The notes beneath the pieces are model-generated. The model did not search any database. It was not told the DNA's origin and saw only the letters and a program-made list of their open reading frames with translations. A stretch of 49,470 bases of DNA, taken from assembly GCA_022813965.1 (NCBI GenBank), contig JALDZS010000069.1, positions 62,001 to 111,470 on the forward strand, in the 5' to 3' direction. The stretch comes from Toensbergia leucococca. Lineage: Eukaryota. Position 1 is the first letter of the stretch; each line of letters opens with the position of its first letter. The position numbers and the translations under genes were made by a program. Shown here piece after piece: positions 1-12,497 of the stretch.

Positions 1-1777
1 TTCTCTCCTTCTCCCTTAGTATGAGGATCAGGACTTGGTGACTGAAATGTTCCACTATTTCCAGGGGTACCACCAACGGAAGCAGAGGGTGCCTTTGCAT
101 AACCAATTCTGATAGGACCAGCTCCAGGGAAAATCTCTTTAGCGTTTAGGAGAGATTTCGCTTGTATGGCACTCTCGACGTTTTCGAAATTAACGAAACC
201 ACAATTCTTGTGCATCAGAACTCTAGTGGACTCAATTTTCCCGTAGATGGAAAAGATTGCCTGCAAAGACGTTACTGTGGTGGACGTAGGGATATTTCCT
301 AACCACAAAGCTCGAGTAGGGCCCTCTTGATTGTTTTCATCAGCCTGGCTGGCCCCTGATCGACCATCAAAGCCTGTCAGTTGTAGAGCTCGTACAGCTT
401 CTGGAAGACCATCATATTCAAGACCTTCTGACATTCCAAGGTCGGCTGCGGTTATGCTTTTGTCAAGACGGGTTGGCGTCGCAAGGTAGCTTCTTCCTGA
501 TCCTCTTAGAGGAGAATCTAGTACCCCAGCGGTCCGTGCTCTCGGTCTATTCGCGGAAGCTTGATTTGCAAAAGCCTGTACAGCCAGGTTATGCTGATGG
601 ATTTGCGCCTGGGTCGCTGCAAGCGCAGCAGCAGCCGAAGCAGCCGAGGGGGTCATGATGCCACTATGGTGACCTGAGTATTGTCCGTCGAGCAGATACT
701 CGTCGTCTTCATCTTCAGCATACTTTTCTTTGGCGTTCACCGAGTAAGACCTGAAACGGCTTAGGTTCTTATTGTACCCTGCGAGCTCCGCAAGAAATGG
801 CTGCATTGCAATAGCTCTCTGAGACTCTGACATGCCCATCATACCTGGAGGTGCAAGAGCAGGTTGGGCCTGCCGAGGAGTCTCTGCAAGGCCAAGGTAG
901 TCGAGCGTCTTGACGTCCGTATCGGCTAAGCTGTCTTTAGAGAAAGACAACTGACTGGGGGAGTCTGGGCCATCAGATGATCGAATACTAGTCAATGTTG
1001 GTGCTCTGTCTCTTCCACTTCCCCAACCATTAGAGAACAGCGATGAACCGAACGGGTTTGGACTCTCAACATAGCTTGCTCGCTGAGGCATCGAACCAGC
1101 CCTTAACCGCGACAATAGTGCTGATGTAGCATTGCCAGGAAAAGAACCAGAATTCGAATTATCGGCTGCTAGCAATGATGCTGACCGGAAGGGACTAGTA
1201 GACGGTGTAGGTCTTGACGTCTTTGGTAGTAGCGCCTGAGAGTTGTTTGTGACAGGGGAAGCTCCTCCAGGAGAAAACCTCGAAGGAACTGTGCCCGCTC
1301 TTGTTCTCCGCACAGGGCTCTGCACGTTGTTCTCTGATGGTGGCAAAAAGTCTGGGAACCCATCTTGACTTGGTGACTCCGGAATCATCTCTCTCAACGG
1401 GGTAGAGCCACCACTAGCTGGAGGACCCCACATGTTAGTGGTGAGACCTTCCTGTGCTTGGATTTCTCGGGCACTACTCTCATGCATAGATCGTTAGTAA
1501 AGTTCAGCAGAATACTAGAATTGTTCTCGTCTCACCGCTTAGAATACAGCCTCCCTCCTAGTTCATGCGATGGGGATCCAGCCCCTAACCTCGCACTCCC
1601 AACCGTACTTCCCATGCCATTAAGGCTTCCAGGAGCACCAAATGGTGACCGGACGGCGCCGCCTGGTGGTGGTTCAATTGGAGACGTATTTGCGGTGGAT
1701 GACCCAGAATGATTCGCTGACAGCTGAGGAAGGTAGTTGAGATTTAAATGGTGATCTGGCCTAGATGAGGGAGCCAT
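1..1777 (-). CDS. JSN1: Jsn1/Puf2-like RRM + Pumilio RNA-binding protein, 5' part only (continues past the left edge). Exons 1777-1536 and 1473-<1
   Basis: Intron 1535-1474 (GTGAG...TACTAAC...TAG) joins LYSKR to AREIQAQEG. An RRM at about 90-325 reads GPTRALWLGNIP...GKIESTRVLMHKNCGFVNFE...GAGPIRIGYAK, typical of fungal Jsn1 orthologues. The Pumilio repeats would lie outside the window. Confidence 0.85.
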
Positions 1778-2839
1778 TATAGATTATTTGTTTTGGACCC
1801 GGGATACCAGCTTGACACGGATTGTCGATGCAGGTGACTTGACTTGCGACACTATGTTCAATTAATTTAGTTGGAGCCTAGTCTGAGAAGAGGTGTAGGC
1901 AGTGGGCGGAAAAGGCTAAGCATTCAAAAGGAGAGTCTTGCGCAACTGCGGACGCTTGCACCTCCGACGGCCAGCGAACGATGACACTATCACATGCAAC
2001 TCCAAGGTATTGAGATAATGTTCAGGCGATGATAGAGACAGCTGTGAGTTTTGAGCGTATATGGCAATGTGTAGCCCTGAGTTCCGAACTGTGTGCAATT
2101 CCTTATCGAGTGTACGCCCCTCCCTATCGATTTGTGCGATGGTGCTTTTGTGTTGGGAACAACAAGATGCTTGAGATGGGCGGAACCAAGAGTAAGGCCT
2201 TTCAGTGCCTGCGAATCGAGTAGTAATGCAGAGTTCCTGCTCGAGCAGCAATGCAGGTTGGATGAGCCGTAGTAAATTTTGTTTTTGGCTGCGAGAATGG
2301 AAATCGGTTGGAAAGCGGCCGTGAAGTCAAACAATTTCGAAGAGAAAGATTACGAGATTAGGTAAGGCGGCAAACTAACTAAGATGATACACAGGGCGAA
2401 AGGTAAGGTAGGTAGAGACGAAGACGTGGAAAGACAAGCAGGCGGAGTCAGGAAGGCTTCTCATCGTGGTCAGGAGTCAACGAGGTACGCTCGCACGAAT
2501 CTCGGTGACCGTACAATGCGGTCTGCAGTAGCGTTTCGTTTTGCACCTTTCACTGAGCTGCGCGGGCTAATTGACAAATACGGAAATAATGTGGTTACAT
2601 AAGGGTCTACCAACCCACACACTTAAGGTACTCAAGTAAGCTGCAGCGTGGATCCCACTGCTTGCCCATCAAATGAGGAAATGCATACATTTACCTCTAC
2701 ATCTGCTAATGAACGATACCATGTAGGAGGAGATGAATGTATGCATCGTCTAATGTAGATGACTATGATCAACTCGGATGTTAGGGAGTGATCAAGTCAC
2801 AACTAATTTGATGGCTTGGACGGGAGTAATTTACCGGAA

Positions 2840-2960
2840 ACGCGTAATTTTGTTGTCTTGATGGTGAAACAGCTAAAAGTCAGCCACATTATATTCTGGG
2901 GTATCTACGGACGTCGGGAGGTGGCCGCGTCATTTTATCCTAAACAACCCTGTCGCGTTA
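2840..2960. promoter_or_regulatory. MCB-like (ACGCGT/CGCG) elements upstream of VPS72
   Basis: ACGCGT at 2840-2845 plus two more CGCGT cores near 2926 and 2954, within 200 bp of the VPS72 ATG. Short motifs; function inferred. Confidence 0.3.
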
Positions 2961-3036
2961 TTATTCATTCCTCGAAAATTCGTCATCTTTTTAACCGGTA
3001 GACTGTGGGTGCCATAACACCACTTTCTGCTTGGCA

Positions 3037-4703
3037 ATGTCCGATGGCATAATTAGACAGGTGTCTACAGGTCGTGCTACCAGGTCATCATCTTCTTCTA
3101 ATGATGATGATGATGACAACGACGATGATGAAAACGAGGGTCTAGCGGAACCCATCGAATCCCTTGTGTCGGGGAGAAAGAAACGTGTGACGGCCGGCAA
3201 TCGACTCTCATCTCTCCTAGAGAGAGAAGGAGATGATGATCTCGAATTACTTTTCGCAGAAGATGGGAAAGAAGAGGATGTGGAATTTGAGGGCGATGAT
3301 GCTGAAGATGCTGAAGATTTCGAGCTTGATTCATCCTCAGATGACGAGGACCAAGCTCTTACCCGAGCCGAGGATGATCTAGAAGGGGAGAAGGAGCTGC
3401 AAAAACAGGATAAGGCTGAACGGCAGAAGAAACGCAAGGCCCAAGAGAACCTGAAGAGACCTGGAGGTCTAAGAAAGAGAATCAAGGTCGACCCTACAGC
3501 TACTGTAACTGTACCAATTACCCCGGTAGCGCGCCCGAGGAAGAGGTCCGAGAGAGTATCATGGATTCCAGCTCCAGATGACGGTCCAACACGCTCCTCG
3601 TCCCGGAAGCAGACCATGCAGAATAAGGAAGTTGTTCACCAGCGCATGAAGGAAAGCGAGAAAAGACGGATTCATCAGATACAGATCATGGAAGCCGCGG
3701 CGAAACGCAAAGAAGCATCAAAGCCGAAGGTTATGACCCAAGCTGATCGAATGGAGGAAGCCGCCCGAACGGAGAAGAGAAACGCAAAGAGCTTGAACAG
3801 GTGGGAGGAAACTGAAAAGAAGAGGTCCGAGGAACAAAAGGCAAAGTTGGCAGCTCTACACAACCGACAGCTTGAAGGTCCTATCATTACTTGGTGGAGT
3901 GGACTGGCTAGGTGGGTTAACGGCAAGGTAAGGCAAGTAGGCGCAAAAGGTTTGAAAAAAATTGAAGGAGAGCCAAGAGACGGCCAAGGGCATAGTGACT
4001 CAGTCGTGAGGGAGCCTTCAGAGGGTCATTTAAAATCTACTGAATCCAAAGACGCATCTATGCCTAAGACCTCTCATCAGCCAGCATCATCTTCCAAACC
4101 CCATCCGCCAATACTTCCCTCGGTCCCCGATATACTCAATCCACAGCAGGACTCACTCTCACTATTACAAGGCCCCTATGGATTTCTCGATGGCATACAC
4201 TACTACGCTTCTCTGCCTATACAGCAGCAGCAGTCCTCGATTCCTGCGCCAGGAGAATCCTCGGCATATGCTGATCGAAAGACGTCCCCAACACAGCCAT
4301 GGGCCCCGAAAATTGAGTACTCGACTCGGAATTTAGTACTGTTGGAAAATATAGATCACAACGCTATTAGAATGCCGGAACTACAAAATCATATCCTGGT
4401 CAAGAAGCGCAACGGCAAGCCGCAAAGTAAGTTTTCGGATTTTCACATGGTTTGGTGTCTACGAGCATCATTACTGATTGGGCAATGGTAGAACCGGCTC
4501 AGGAACTCTGCACAATTACAATGCAACCAGCCAGATTTCGGGATCCCAAGACTGGACTAGCGTATGCCAACTCATACGCATATAAAGAGATCCAAAGACT
4601 GCGGGACGGAGGGTCGCGATGGAGTACTTTACTTGGGTGCTACGTGGGACCTGTTGCCAGTGCAGCTCGAGGCGTTCCAGAAAGATTCTCGACCAGGCCT
4701 TGA
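3037..4703 (+). CDS. VPS72: Vps72/YL1 subunit of the SWR1 H2A.Z-deposition complex, about 533 aa. Exons 3037-4426 and 4492-4703
   Basis: N-terminal motif LVSGRKKRVTAGNRLSSLL, acidic tract, MTQADRMEEAARTEKRNAKSL, and a YL1-C domain CTITMQPARFRDPKTGLAYAN. Intron 4427-4491 (GTAAGT...ACTGAT...TAG) joins the two ORF-track pieces in frame. Confidence 0.93.
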
Positions 4704-5236
4704 AGGGCACATAAGCGGTGGCAAGAATTATCGGTATAATGTTATACGGCGGCTAGGTGCCTCGTAAAGTTTGAGAGCAATATGGCCTCTGGCGGCGTTA
4801 AATGAAGACACTTTTAGCAAGTTGGATGGCTACGAGGGACCAAGCGGTACCAATCAGTAGGGATGTTAAAGTCTTTGAAATAGAGATACCTTGTCCCCTC
4901 TTCGACACGCAATGGCTGGCTTGCAAGTAGAAATTGGAATTGCACTGTTCTCGTACTCATGTTGCGGTCCAATCCTGGGCAGAGCCGCAAAGCGTGGCGC
5001 ATCGTAACGTCGACAGGAACGGATAAGATGGCGCCATGGGCGGATGTATCAGATGATAACAGCGGGTTTGGGGATTTCTGCAGTGAAACTCGGGTTTGAC
5101 GGTCAAGGTAGTCATGGTGACGATCAGATCAAGGGCACATGTGATGAAAGAGGGTGAGCTGATTGAAGGCTGAGGTGGTGGTTGGAAAAGGGGAATGGCG
5201 AATGGTGAACAGTGAATTGCGAAAGGTGAGGTAGAT

Positions 5237-5263
5237 GGTGAAAGGTGAAAGGTGAAAGGTGAA
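5237..5263 (+). repeat. (GGTGAAA)n heptamer tandem repeat in a purine-rich tract upstream of the Ecl1 gene
   Basis: GGTGAAA x3 + GGTGAA read directly, with degenerate copies on both sides (about 5190-5290). Confidence 0.7.
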
Positions 5264-5643
5264 TGGTGTGATTGTGAAAGTGAAAGTGTCTCTCTCGGTG
5301 AATTCATAATCAACAAAGGCTTGGCCTGCTTTTCTTTATCTCGACAGTCTTCCACCCCACCAAGAGCGCGAGATTATGATCGTGCACTCTCCATCCATCT
5401 CCCCCGTAGCCAATACCTCGATCGTGTCTTGAACGCCGGTCATTCCTGCCTTTGACGATTCCTGAAGACCTGCAACAAGCCTTCGTCTCGCATAAAAGCG
5501 ACTTCCCTAAATGCCCCATACCGCATGTTAACCGTCTATCCGCAAAGCGAAATCTCTGCAGTAAGGAGTCGTGCACGGCCAGAACGTTGAGAAAGAAGCT
5601 GGACGGCCATTTATACGGCAAAAGTCCCTCGGGCCTCTTTCCA

Positions 5644-6756
5644 ATGACCACCATTCATCATGCCCATCAACGTACCTCTCCCCCTCGTGTGAGGAAGGCC
5701 CCCGTCAGAGCTCAGCGTCCTGCTCAATTGTCGAGGGCTCTCAGCAGTCAGAAGCTGCTCAAGCCTCTCAAGTCGACGCACGCTACCGAGGAAAAGGACG
5801 AGGATTCCGTTGCTGTTGACGAAGACGACGACATGGCAACCAGCTTCTTGCAATTTTGGTCGGTTCTCTCTTGATATCACGTCGTCAATCGAATGCTAAC
5901 GGGTTGTTATAGCGCCATGTGCGAAAAGCAGATCATCGTTCCAAATAACTCTATCCTCTACTGCTCCGAGAAGTATGTCTCCGACTTCATTCTCTGACTC
6001 ATCCATTTGATACTGATCATATCGTCGCTCTGTAGCTGCCGTCGCAAAGATGCTACCAAGTCCCTTTCATCCAACCCCTACCTCTCACTAGTCAACTCTG
6101 CCTTCCCCTCAACGAGCAGCCAAGACCTCGACGATCCCTTTGGCGTCAAATTCCGCGACATAATCCCTCGCTGTCAACCCACTGCTCGTCCGCTTAACTC
6201 CGCCAGGATACCACCAATCGCTCACGAGGGCAATTCGGATCTTGACCCAACCGAATGGAAGCCAAATTTAGAGCACCGTCCCAACTCACAAGCCTTCCAA
6301 TACTTGAGTCAATTTCACCGCTCAACTTCTACTCTCGCTAGCAGCAGGCGTCCCGCGTTACAGAGCCGCAGCACCACTTCCATGCTGGCAGCAACTATAT
6401 ACGCCACCCCATCTCTATCATACACCCCTACCACCAGCACTTCTTCCGAGGAAAGCTTAGCAGGGACACCTTATGAGTTCGTGACTCGCCCAATGCCACC
6501 ACGCCATGACGCTACATATTCTGCCTCTGCGACAGTCAAGTCGGTCGATCTCGTCATCCCCCAAGTCGCTACTGCATTCAGTGTTCCCGGCAATGATTCC
6601 ATTGAGCCTACGATGCCGCCGACGAAAAAGAACTCTTCTGGCAGTCCAATACTAGGGGACATCAGCTACGAGAAGAAATGGGTCCTCGGCAGTAAAAGTC
6701 CGGCAACTGGAAGTCTCAAAAAGCTACTTGGTTTAGGGCCAAAGGAAGCCGTGTAA
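5644..6756 (+). CDS. Ecl1-family lifespan regulator (Cys4 zinc motif), about 331 aa. Exons 5644-5858, 5913-5972, 6036-6756
   Basis: Splicing introns 5859-5912 and 5973-6035 gives MATSFLQFCAMCEKQIIVPNNSILYCSENCRRKD, the CxxC...YCSxxC signature of Ecl1 proteins. Exon total is 996 nt, in frame. Confidence 0.85.
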
Positions 6757-8141
6757 GGGCCTAAGAATTTCTGGGCAGAATGTTGGAGGGAAAGTAAAAA
6801 GGGTTACCACCACCAGAAGGAGATTTCGTGTTCCCTGCATCCCACAGTATATCTTCTCCTATGACATGTCCCTTCACCTAGCGTACGGATACGCGTGCTT
6901 GCTCCTCCTGCTCTCTCTCCCTCAGAAGTGTCTGTCACGACCACGAAAGCGGGCGGCCCAAGTCTCACAAAAGCATTAGAATCTTTTTCTTAATTTAGAA
7001 AACCACAAGCGAAGATACCTCATTCTTTTTGAATTCCGAGGGACATGTTCCGATGCAGTAGTAGTGTTTTGACGTGAAAGTTTATGTTGATATATGCTTG
7101 TTTATATAGCCAAGTTGGGCCAGTTCAAGGGGAGGCAATTTGGTGATATGACTCTGGTATTGACTTGCGTGGTGTGCCCCCCTCCTGGATGAGAATACCT
7201 ATGCCAAGTGCTGCTGTACATCTGTAATGCGTTGGTTCAAACAGTCTCTGGGGACTGTGTGTCCGCAAAAAGAAAATCGGGACATTTCATGCAACCAATC
7301 TACTAAAAGGCAAGGAACCCTTTCTTACCTTACCATTCCAAATCATTCCATACCACACAGCCGCTTTCCACACCAGCAAAACTTGGGTCAAACCTCACCC
7401 GCTGACTCCCAATCTATCACTAGAACCACCTACACCCTCACTCGGTTCAAAGGGCCACAGAGAATGGTCTCACACAAACTGTTTCATTCCGCAGTAGCCA
7501 CCCCTATCCCACCACTACGAGTATCCAAGAGTATAATCAGTCCACAACCAGCCATCTCCCCCCCCCCACCAAAAAAACAACATTCATCCGTTTCTGCAAA
7601 TTCCAATCCCCGCTGCACTTCCCTCCCTTCTCCCTCTCTCTGTCATCCCCCCCAGATAATCCACCCATCCAAGGTCCCACATCCCGCACCCGTGCAAGGT
7701 TCCTTCTGAACCGGGTCACACCCTTGTGAGCACCCCAAGACTCAATTGACCGAAGGTTACTCGAGGAAATTTGAGCCCAGGAACCCCTTGCCAAAAGCAA
7801 TAACAGAACTTAAACAAAGAAAGGCCTTACTTCAAACAAAGGGATGGGTATGAACGAGCAAGAGAGGACGATTAATGAAATCGAGGATTACAAAAGAAAG
7901 CCCAAATATGGCGACAAAGTAAACCAAGCGAGGCCGGCCATACTGCATCCCTCCCCCCAACCAGAAAGAAAGAACAGAGAACAGCGAAATATTATTAACA
8001 ACAGATTACAAGTATAAGTAGAGATGGCAAGCTCAAAATTACAATCCGTGAGGATAATTTTCTCCCAAAACAATTGAGCCGCCCCGCCCAAAAAGGAAAT
8101 GTACCGCGCGCATAGAAATTGCCCCTGCTACAAACCTACTT

Positions 8142-10760
8142 CTACTGCCCCAAACCCTCCTCTTCCGCCCACCCATTCAGGCCCCCACCGCCTTCCACCG
8201 AAGAAATATTCAGCCCGAAACCCCCATGTCCGAACCCACCGAATCCTCCACTTATGCCGGAGAAACTGCTCTGCTGATGACGATGGCTCGGTTGGTGAGA
8301 TGCCTGCTGCAGTGACTGTTGCTGTTGCTGTTGCACCTGACCCGTCTGGCCATTACCGAATACCTCTTGTGAGAAGATAGGCATGCTCACGGCGCGAGCG
8401 TGCTGAGTTCGGGAGTTCGATGGGGCGAGGAGGCCTCCGATGGTTGGTGCCGCTGTGGAGAGATATCCGTTCATGCCCTGGCTGTGAGAGTTGCTATGGC
8501 CTTGGTGCGGAGGCTCTAGAACGGAGCCGTCAAGGAGATCGCCGCTCGCACTGCCGTACAGAGCTGCCTGCTGGGCAGCAAGAACTTGCCGCTGCTGTTG
8601 TTGGAGAGCGGCTACAGAATAGGGGTCTGGTTGGCGCGAGTCTTGGTCTTGTTGGACTTGCTGAGCGGAGATTTGATTGAGGTACATCGTCAAAGGGTTA
8701 TTGTTGCCAGCGTTGAGAATGGCGGATGGGGTAGGGCCATGATGAGTTTGCGGATTTGAATGCATACCGTTTTGTGATGATGATTCATGAGACATTGGCG
8801 CAGGGGACAGTAGTTGTCTTGTGGGACTTGTCGAAGACTCATTCTGGCTCACGGACGGCTGCAGACTGCCATTGACTGGTGACTGCGAGTTCGTACCATC
8901 CATTCCTTGCATTCCCGGCTGTTGCAGTTGCGACTGCTGATTGTTATGATTGTTTTGACGGGGAGGGTTTCCGCAACGGTCTTTCCCAAAATTAATCTTG
9001 AATCGCTGGTACTCATCTCTACTTCTCATGGCTTCGATAGCCTTGATGGCGTTGGCAATGTTGGTAAAGTTGACGAACGCGCAGCTTTTTTCTCGCAGTG
9101 CGTTCACAAGCTCAATCTCGCCATATTCAGAGAAATCCTGACGTAGACGCTCTTCACTCCACGACTCATCGAGGTTACCGATGTAAACATTGCGCGAAGC
9201 GCCACCACTCACGGCAAGAGCAATTGCAGGAGGTAAAGCACCGGAATGCTTTCCCCAGCCAATCTTCAATCGGCGATTGTGAATCATCAGACCTTGCAGG
9301 TTACTCAACGCATAGAAAGACGCAGCTGAGGTGGGATCGATAAAAGTAACAAAGCAGATATGCTTGTCAGGGATGTAGCGGATGTGATGTAAAAGGCCGC
9401 CTCGAACGACATTACAGATCTCCTCGATTGTTGTCTCTGGATGGATATTGCCTAAATAGACGGTACGGTTTCCGAGATTGTTCACCCCCCCTGCCGTAGT
9501 CGCTACCGCTGCAGCTGCTACCGATTGCTGGGCCAGGGCATTGGAGATCAAATCTCGATCCGCACCATTGAGTACATGCGCGTATCCTGGAGCAATTCCG
9601 AGGTACTGAGCTGCATTTTGCTGTTGCGTCTTGGAGACATAAGCACATCTATCCTTGCCGTAATATACGCGACGAGGCGCCTGCCATTTTGTCTCCTGCG
9701 GTAATTGGGAGACTGCCTTGATAGCATTGCCGATAGACAGGAAATGAACAAAGCCAATTGCCTTTTCTCGGACAATCTTGACCGTATCGATAGGGCCAAA
9801 CTTACCTAGGTCTTCGCGCAGTTCGGCTTCGGCTACATCTTCGGATAGGTTTCCCAAATACACATTTCTAGAGGCACCAGATTGCTGCACCGCAAGCGCT
9901 ACCGATGTTGGAACCTGGGATGGCTTTCCCCACCCAACTTTGACATCTTGACCACGAATGGAAAGCTTTTTCAATATCGCATCAGAGTGGAAATGGGTCG
10001 CCGAACTACCTTCCAGGAAGGAAATAAAAGCGCAGTTCTTGTCTGGTAACAACCTAACAGACTCAATTTGTCCGCTTCTAACGTGACCGAGAATCTCTTC
10101 AGCCGAAGTCTCGGGAGGTATATTACCCAGATACACTGTCCTACTGCTAGCGTTCACTGCAGTCTGCGCCATTTGTACTTGTCCACCAGCATTCCCAAAG
10201 TTTTGATTCGCAAAATTGCTGAATGTGCTCGTTGGCGACTGTGGACCACCTAGAAATTGAGGAACTCCATAATTCGAAGGAGAGAGTATGTTCTGATACA
10301 ATTGAGGAGAGAGCGTTGCCTGCTGGTTCTGGATCGGACTACCCATCTGAATTTGCTGATTCTGCTGGTGATTGGAGGAGTTGTGCTGCTGAAAGGTACC
10401 AAAATTGGTGAACTGAGATGATCCAAAGGTGGGTGGGGATCCCGTTTGGAACGGACTCCCGAGAAGCAACTGCGAGGGCAGAAGAGGGGTAAAATTCATA
10501 TCAAAAGCTGTTCCTGGGGTCATATCACTCGGATTCTGTTGAGCTGCTGACCCATAAGCCGTAGTGTTAATGGATGAGACATTAGCTCGACGCGGATGGC
10601 GGTCAGCGTATCCGCCTACTGAATGCTGATTCGAAGTGAAAGCGCCGTGAGAAAAGCCGGTATGGTCGCTGCCAGCGTTCAAGGGGTTGGTGAAAGAAGT
10701 GGGAAATCGTCCAGCAGAAGGCGTAGCCGAGTGGCGCATAGCAGATTCTTGATGCTGCAT
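8142..10760 (-). CDS. nrd1: Four-RRM RNA-binding protein, S. pombe Nrd1 / S. cerevisiae Mrn1 type (negative regulator of differentiation), 872 aa
   Basis: Four RRMs starting SRTVYLGNI, SRNVYLGNL, NRTVYLGNI and SRNVYIGNL, paired with GWGK / GKDRC ends; Q/N-rich low-complexity termini. Confidence 0.92.
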   Translation of the reverse strand: MQHQESAMRHSATPSAGRFPTSFTNPLNAGSDHTGFSHGAFTSNQHSVGGYADRHPRRANVSSINTTAYGSAAQQNPSDMTPGTAFDMNFTPLLPSQLLLGSPFQTGSPPTFGSSQFTNFGTFQQHNSSNHQQNQQIQMGSPIQNQQATLSPQLYQNILSPSNYGVPQFLGGPQSPTSTFSNFANQNFGNAGGQVQMAQTAVNASSRTVYLGNIPPETSAEEILGHVRSGQIESVRLLPDKNCAFISFLEGSSATHFHSDAILKKLSIRGQDVKVGWGKPSQVPTSVALAVQQSGASRNVYLGNLSEDVAEAELREDLGKFGPIDTVKIVREKAIGFVHFLSIGNAIKAVSQLPQETKWQAPRRVYYGKDRCAYVSKTQQQNAAQYLGIAPGYAHVLNGADRDLISNALAQQSVAAAAVATTAGGVNNLGNRTVYLGNIHPETTIEEICNVVRGGLLHHIRYIPDKHICFVTFIDPTSAASFYALSNLQGLMIHNRRLKIGWGKHSGALPPAIALAVSGGASRNVYIGNLDESWSEERLRQDFSEYGEIELVNALREKSCAFVNFTNIANAIKAIEAMRSRDEYQRFKINFGKDRCGNPPRQNNHNNQQSQLQQPGMQGMDGTNSQSPVNGSLQPSVSQNESSTSPTRQLLSPAPMSHESSSQNGMHSNPQTHHGPTPSAILNAGNNNPLTMYLNQISAQQVQQDQDSRQPDPYSVAALQQQQRQVLAAQQAALYGSASGDLLDGSVLEPPHQGHSNSHSQGMNGYLSTAAPTIGGLLAPSNSRTQHARAVSMPIFSQEVFGNGQTGQVQQQQQQSLQQASHQPSHRHQQSSFSGISGGFGGFGHGGFGLNISSVEGGGGLNGWAEEEGLGQ

Positions 10761-12497
10761 GCCGAGCAGATGAGGTGGCAGGACGAAGCTGTCCCGTGGG
10801 TTCGATGTCAGGGTAGCCGTAGTGGATTATGGTGTCCGGCTTCGCAGGCTCCGGACGCGGAATAGTGTGAAGTATGAGTGTATTTTGAGGGGACTCCCAC
10901 GGAGGAAGTATTATACAGATAAGATGTCTTGGCTCGAAGCAACGGAGCCAAAAAAATCTGGACACATTAGCATTGATGACTGAAGTATGCTGGGTGAGAG
11001 CAGGCGTAGGTCAACAGACAACGCTTGTCAGGTAGTATGAATTCTAATTATACAGGCAGACAAATTATGTAGAGAATGGCAGGCTTTCGGTTTCAGATAT
11101 TGTCTACAGAGACGACTCGTTGTTTGGCGCGTTGGTAGTTGTTGGAATGCCGGATGGGCCAGTGGTGTTAAGAGGATGCGAATGAAGTGATAGTGAAGGT
11201 ATTAGTGTATTATGAATGAACGATGAAAGGGCAAGGAAATATCCAAGAAAGTCGAAAAGAATGTGAGGATGCAAAGGAATCAATGATCAATGTGCAACAG
11301 AAAATAGAAAATCGTAAATGGAAAACGGTGTAGAGTGCAGGGTGCAGGGTGTAGGGATAGGAGATGAAGAGGATTGACCCCTATCCCTTTACGGTCAACC
11401 TCAAAGCCACATCTGTCGTCATTCGTGACCGAGCGCGACTTCACTGTTGGCTGAGGGGGCCCACAACGAGAGAACACGTGTGCCATGTTCTACTCGTACT
11501 CGTACCTGGCCATCAATCAAGCAGGACATGTGTAATACCTGTAGAGTACCAGGTACCATTACAAAACGAATGTCAACAAGGCAGAGAAAAAGCAATCTCA
11601 AGGCTAAGGTAATGCTCGAGTGGTAGAATGTAGATTAGCTGCATATTTGCATTACCTTAATTTCACGACAATTGAAAGAGGCTGCTCGTACTAGAATATC
11701 ACATTTACGCCACACTTACCGTTGAATGGTAGAGGTATTCCTCGATTTGCTCTAAGCGCTGGCAGCATCACCCCTTACAACCACCACTTATCTCAAACAG
11801 GACTCTAAACAACGACCGTGAGTGACATCTTCACGACCATGAACATCCTCATGCTGCCGGTACGTCTCATCATTCATCATGACATCTATGCCACATGTAT
11901 TGTTCATCATGACTCAAAAGCTCTTACTTACAAGTGAATATTGGTACTCTGTCTCGCTGTGCTCTTACTCAAATTCAGGCCCCTTTGTAGTCTCTCTTTT
12001 CCTCTGCTCACATATCGCAAGGGCAGAAGTGGGTAGCTCGGGGCGTGAAGAAAGAAGAAAGAAGAATCATGGTCAAGGTATGCACAAGTCTCAAATATGA
12101 TTCTGCAGCTATCACCGGCTGGACCGAGGAAATTGAAAACTGGTCTCCGTGGCCTTTTGTAAGATACAGCTTATTGCTTTATGTTGGCCCTTCAAATTCC
12201 TGTCTTTGGGGCTACCTAGTGCTTTGCATACCTTACTACAGCCCGAGCAGCTTCCTCACCTTACTCACAGAAACACGGTGGCCTACTACGCAGTACAACT
12301 GAGGGATCATGTAGCCGAGGGATCAATGTGACCGAGATCTGAAAAATAATAATTACTGCGAACGTGACTGTACAGTTGTCCTACCTTTCTGCTTCCTGCC
12401 TACCTCCATCCAGAACTAAGAAAGCTGAATGTCGAACATATATCCTACTAGTGTGGTGTAAATGGTGCTTGACTGCTTCAAAACTCGGAACCACTCA

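Noticed and set aside
11850..12335. Possible small multi-exon gene on the + strand
   Set aside because: Some GT/AG signals, but weak branch sites and no recognisable product.
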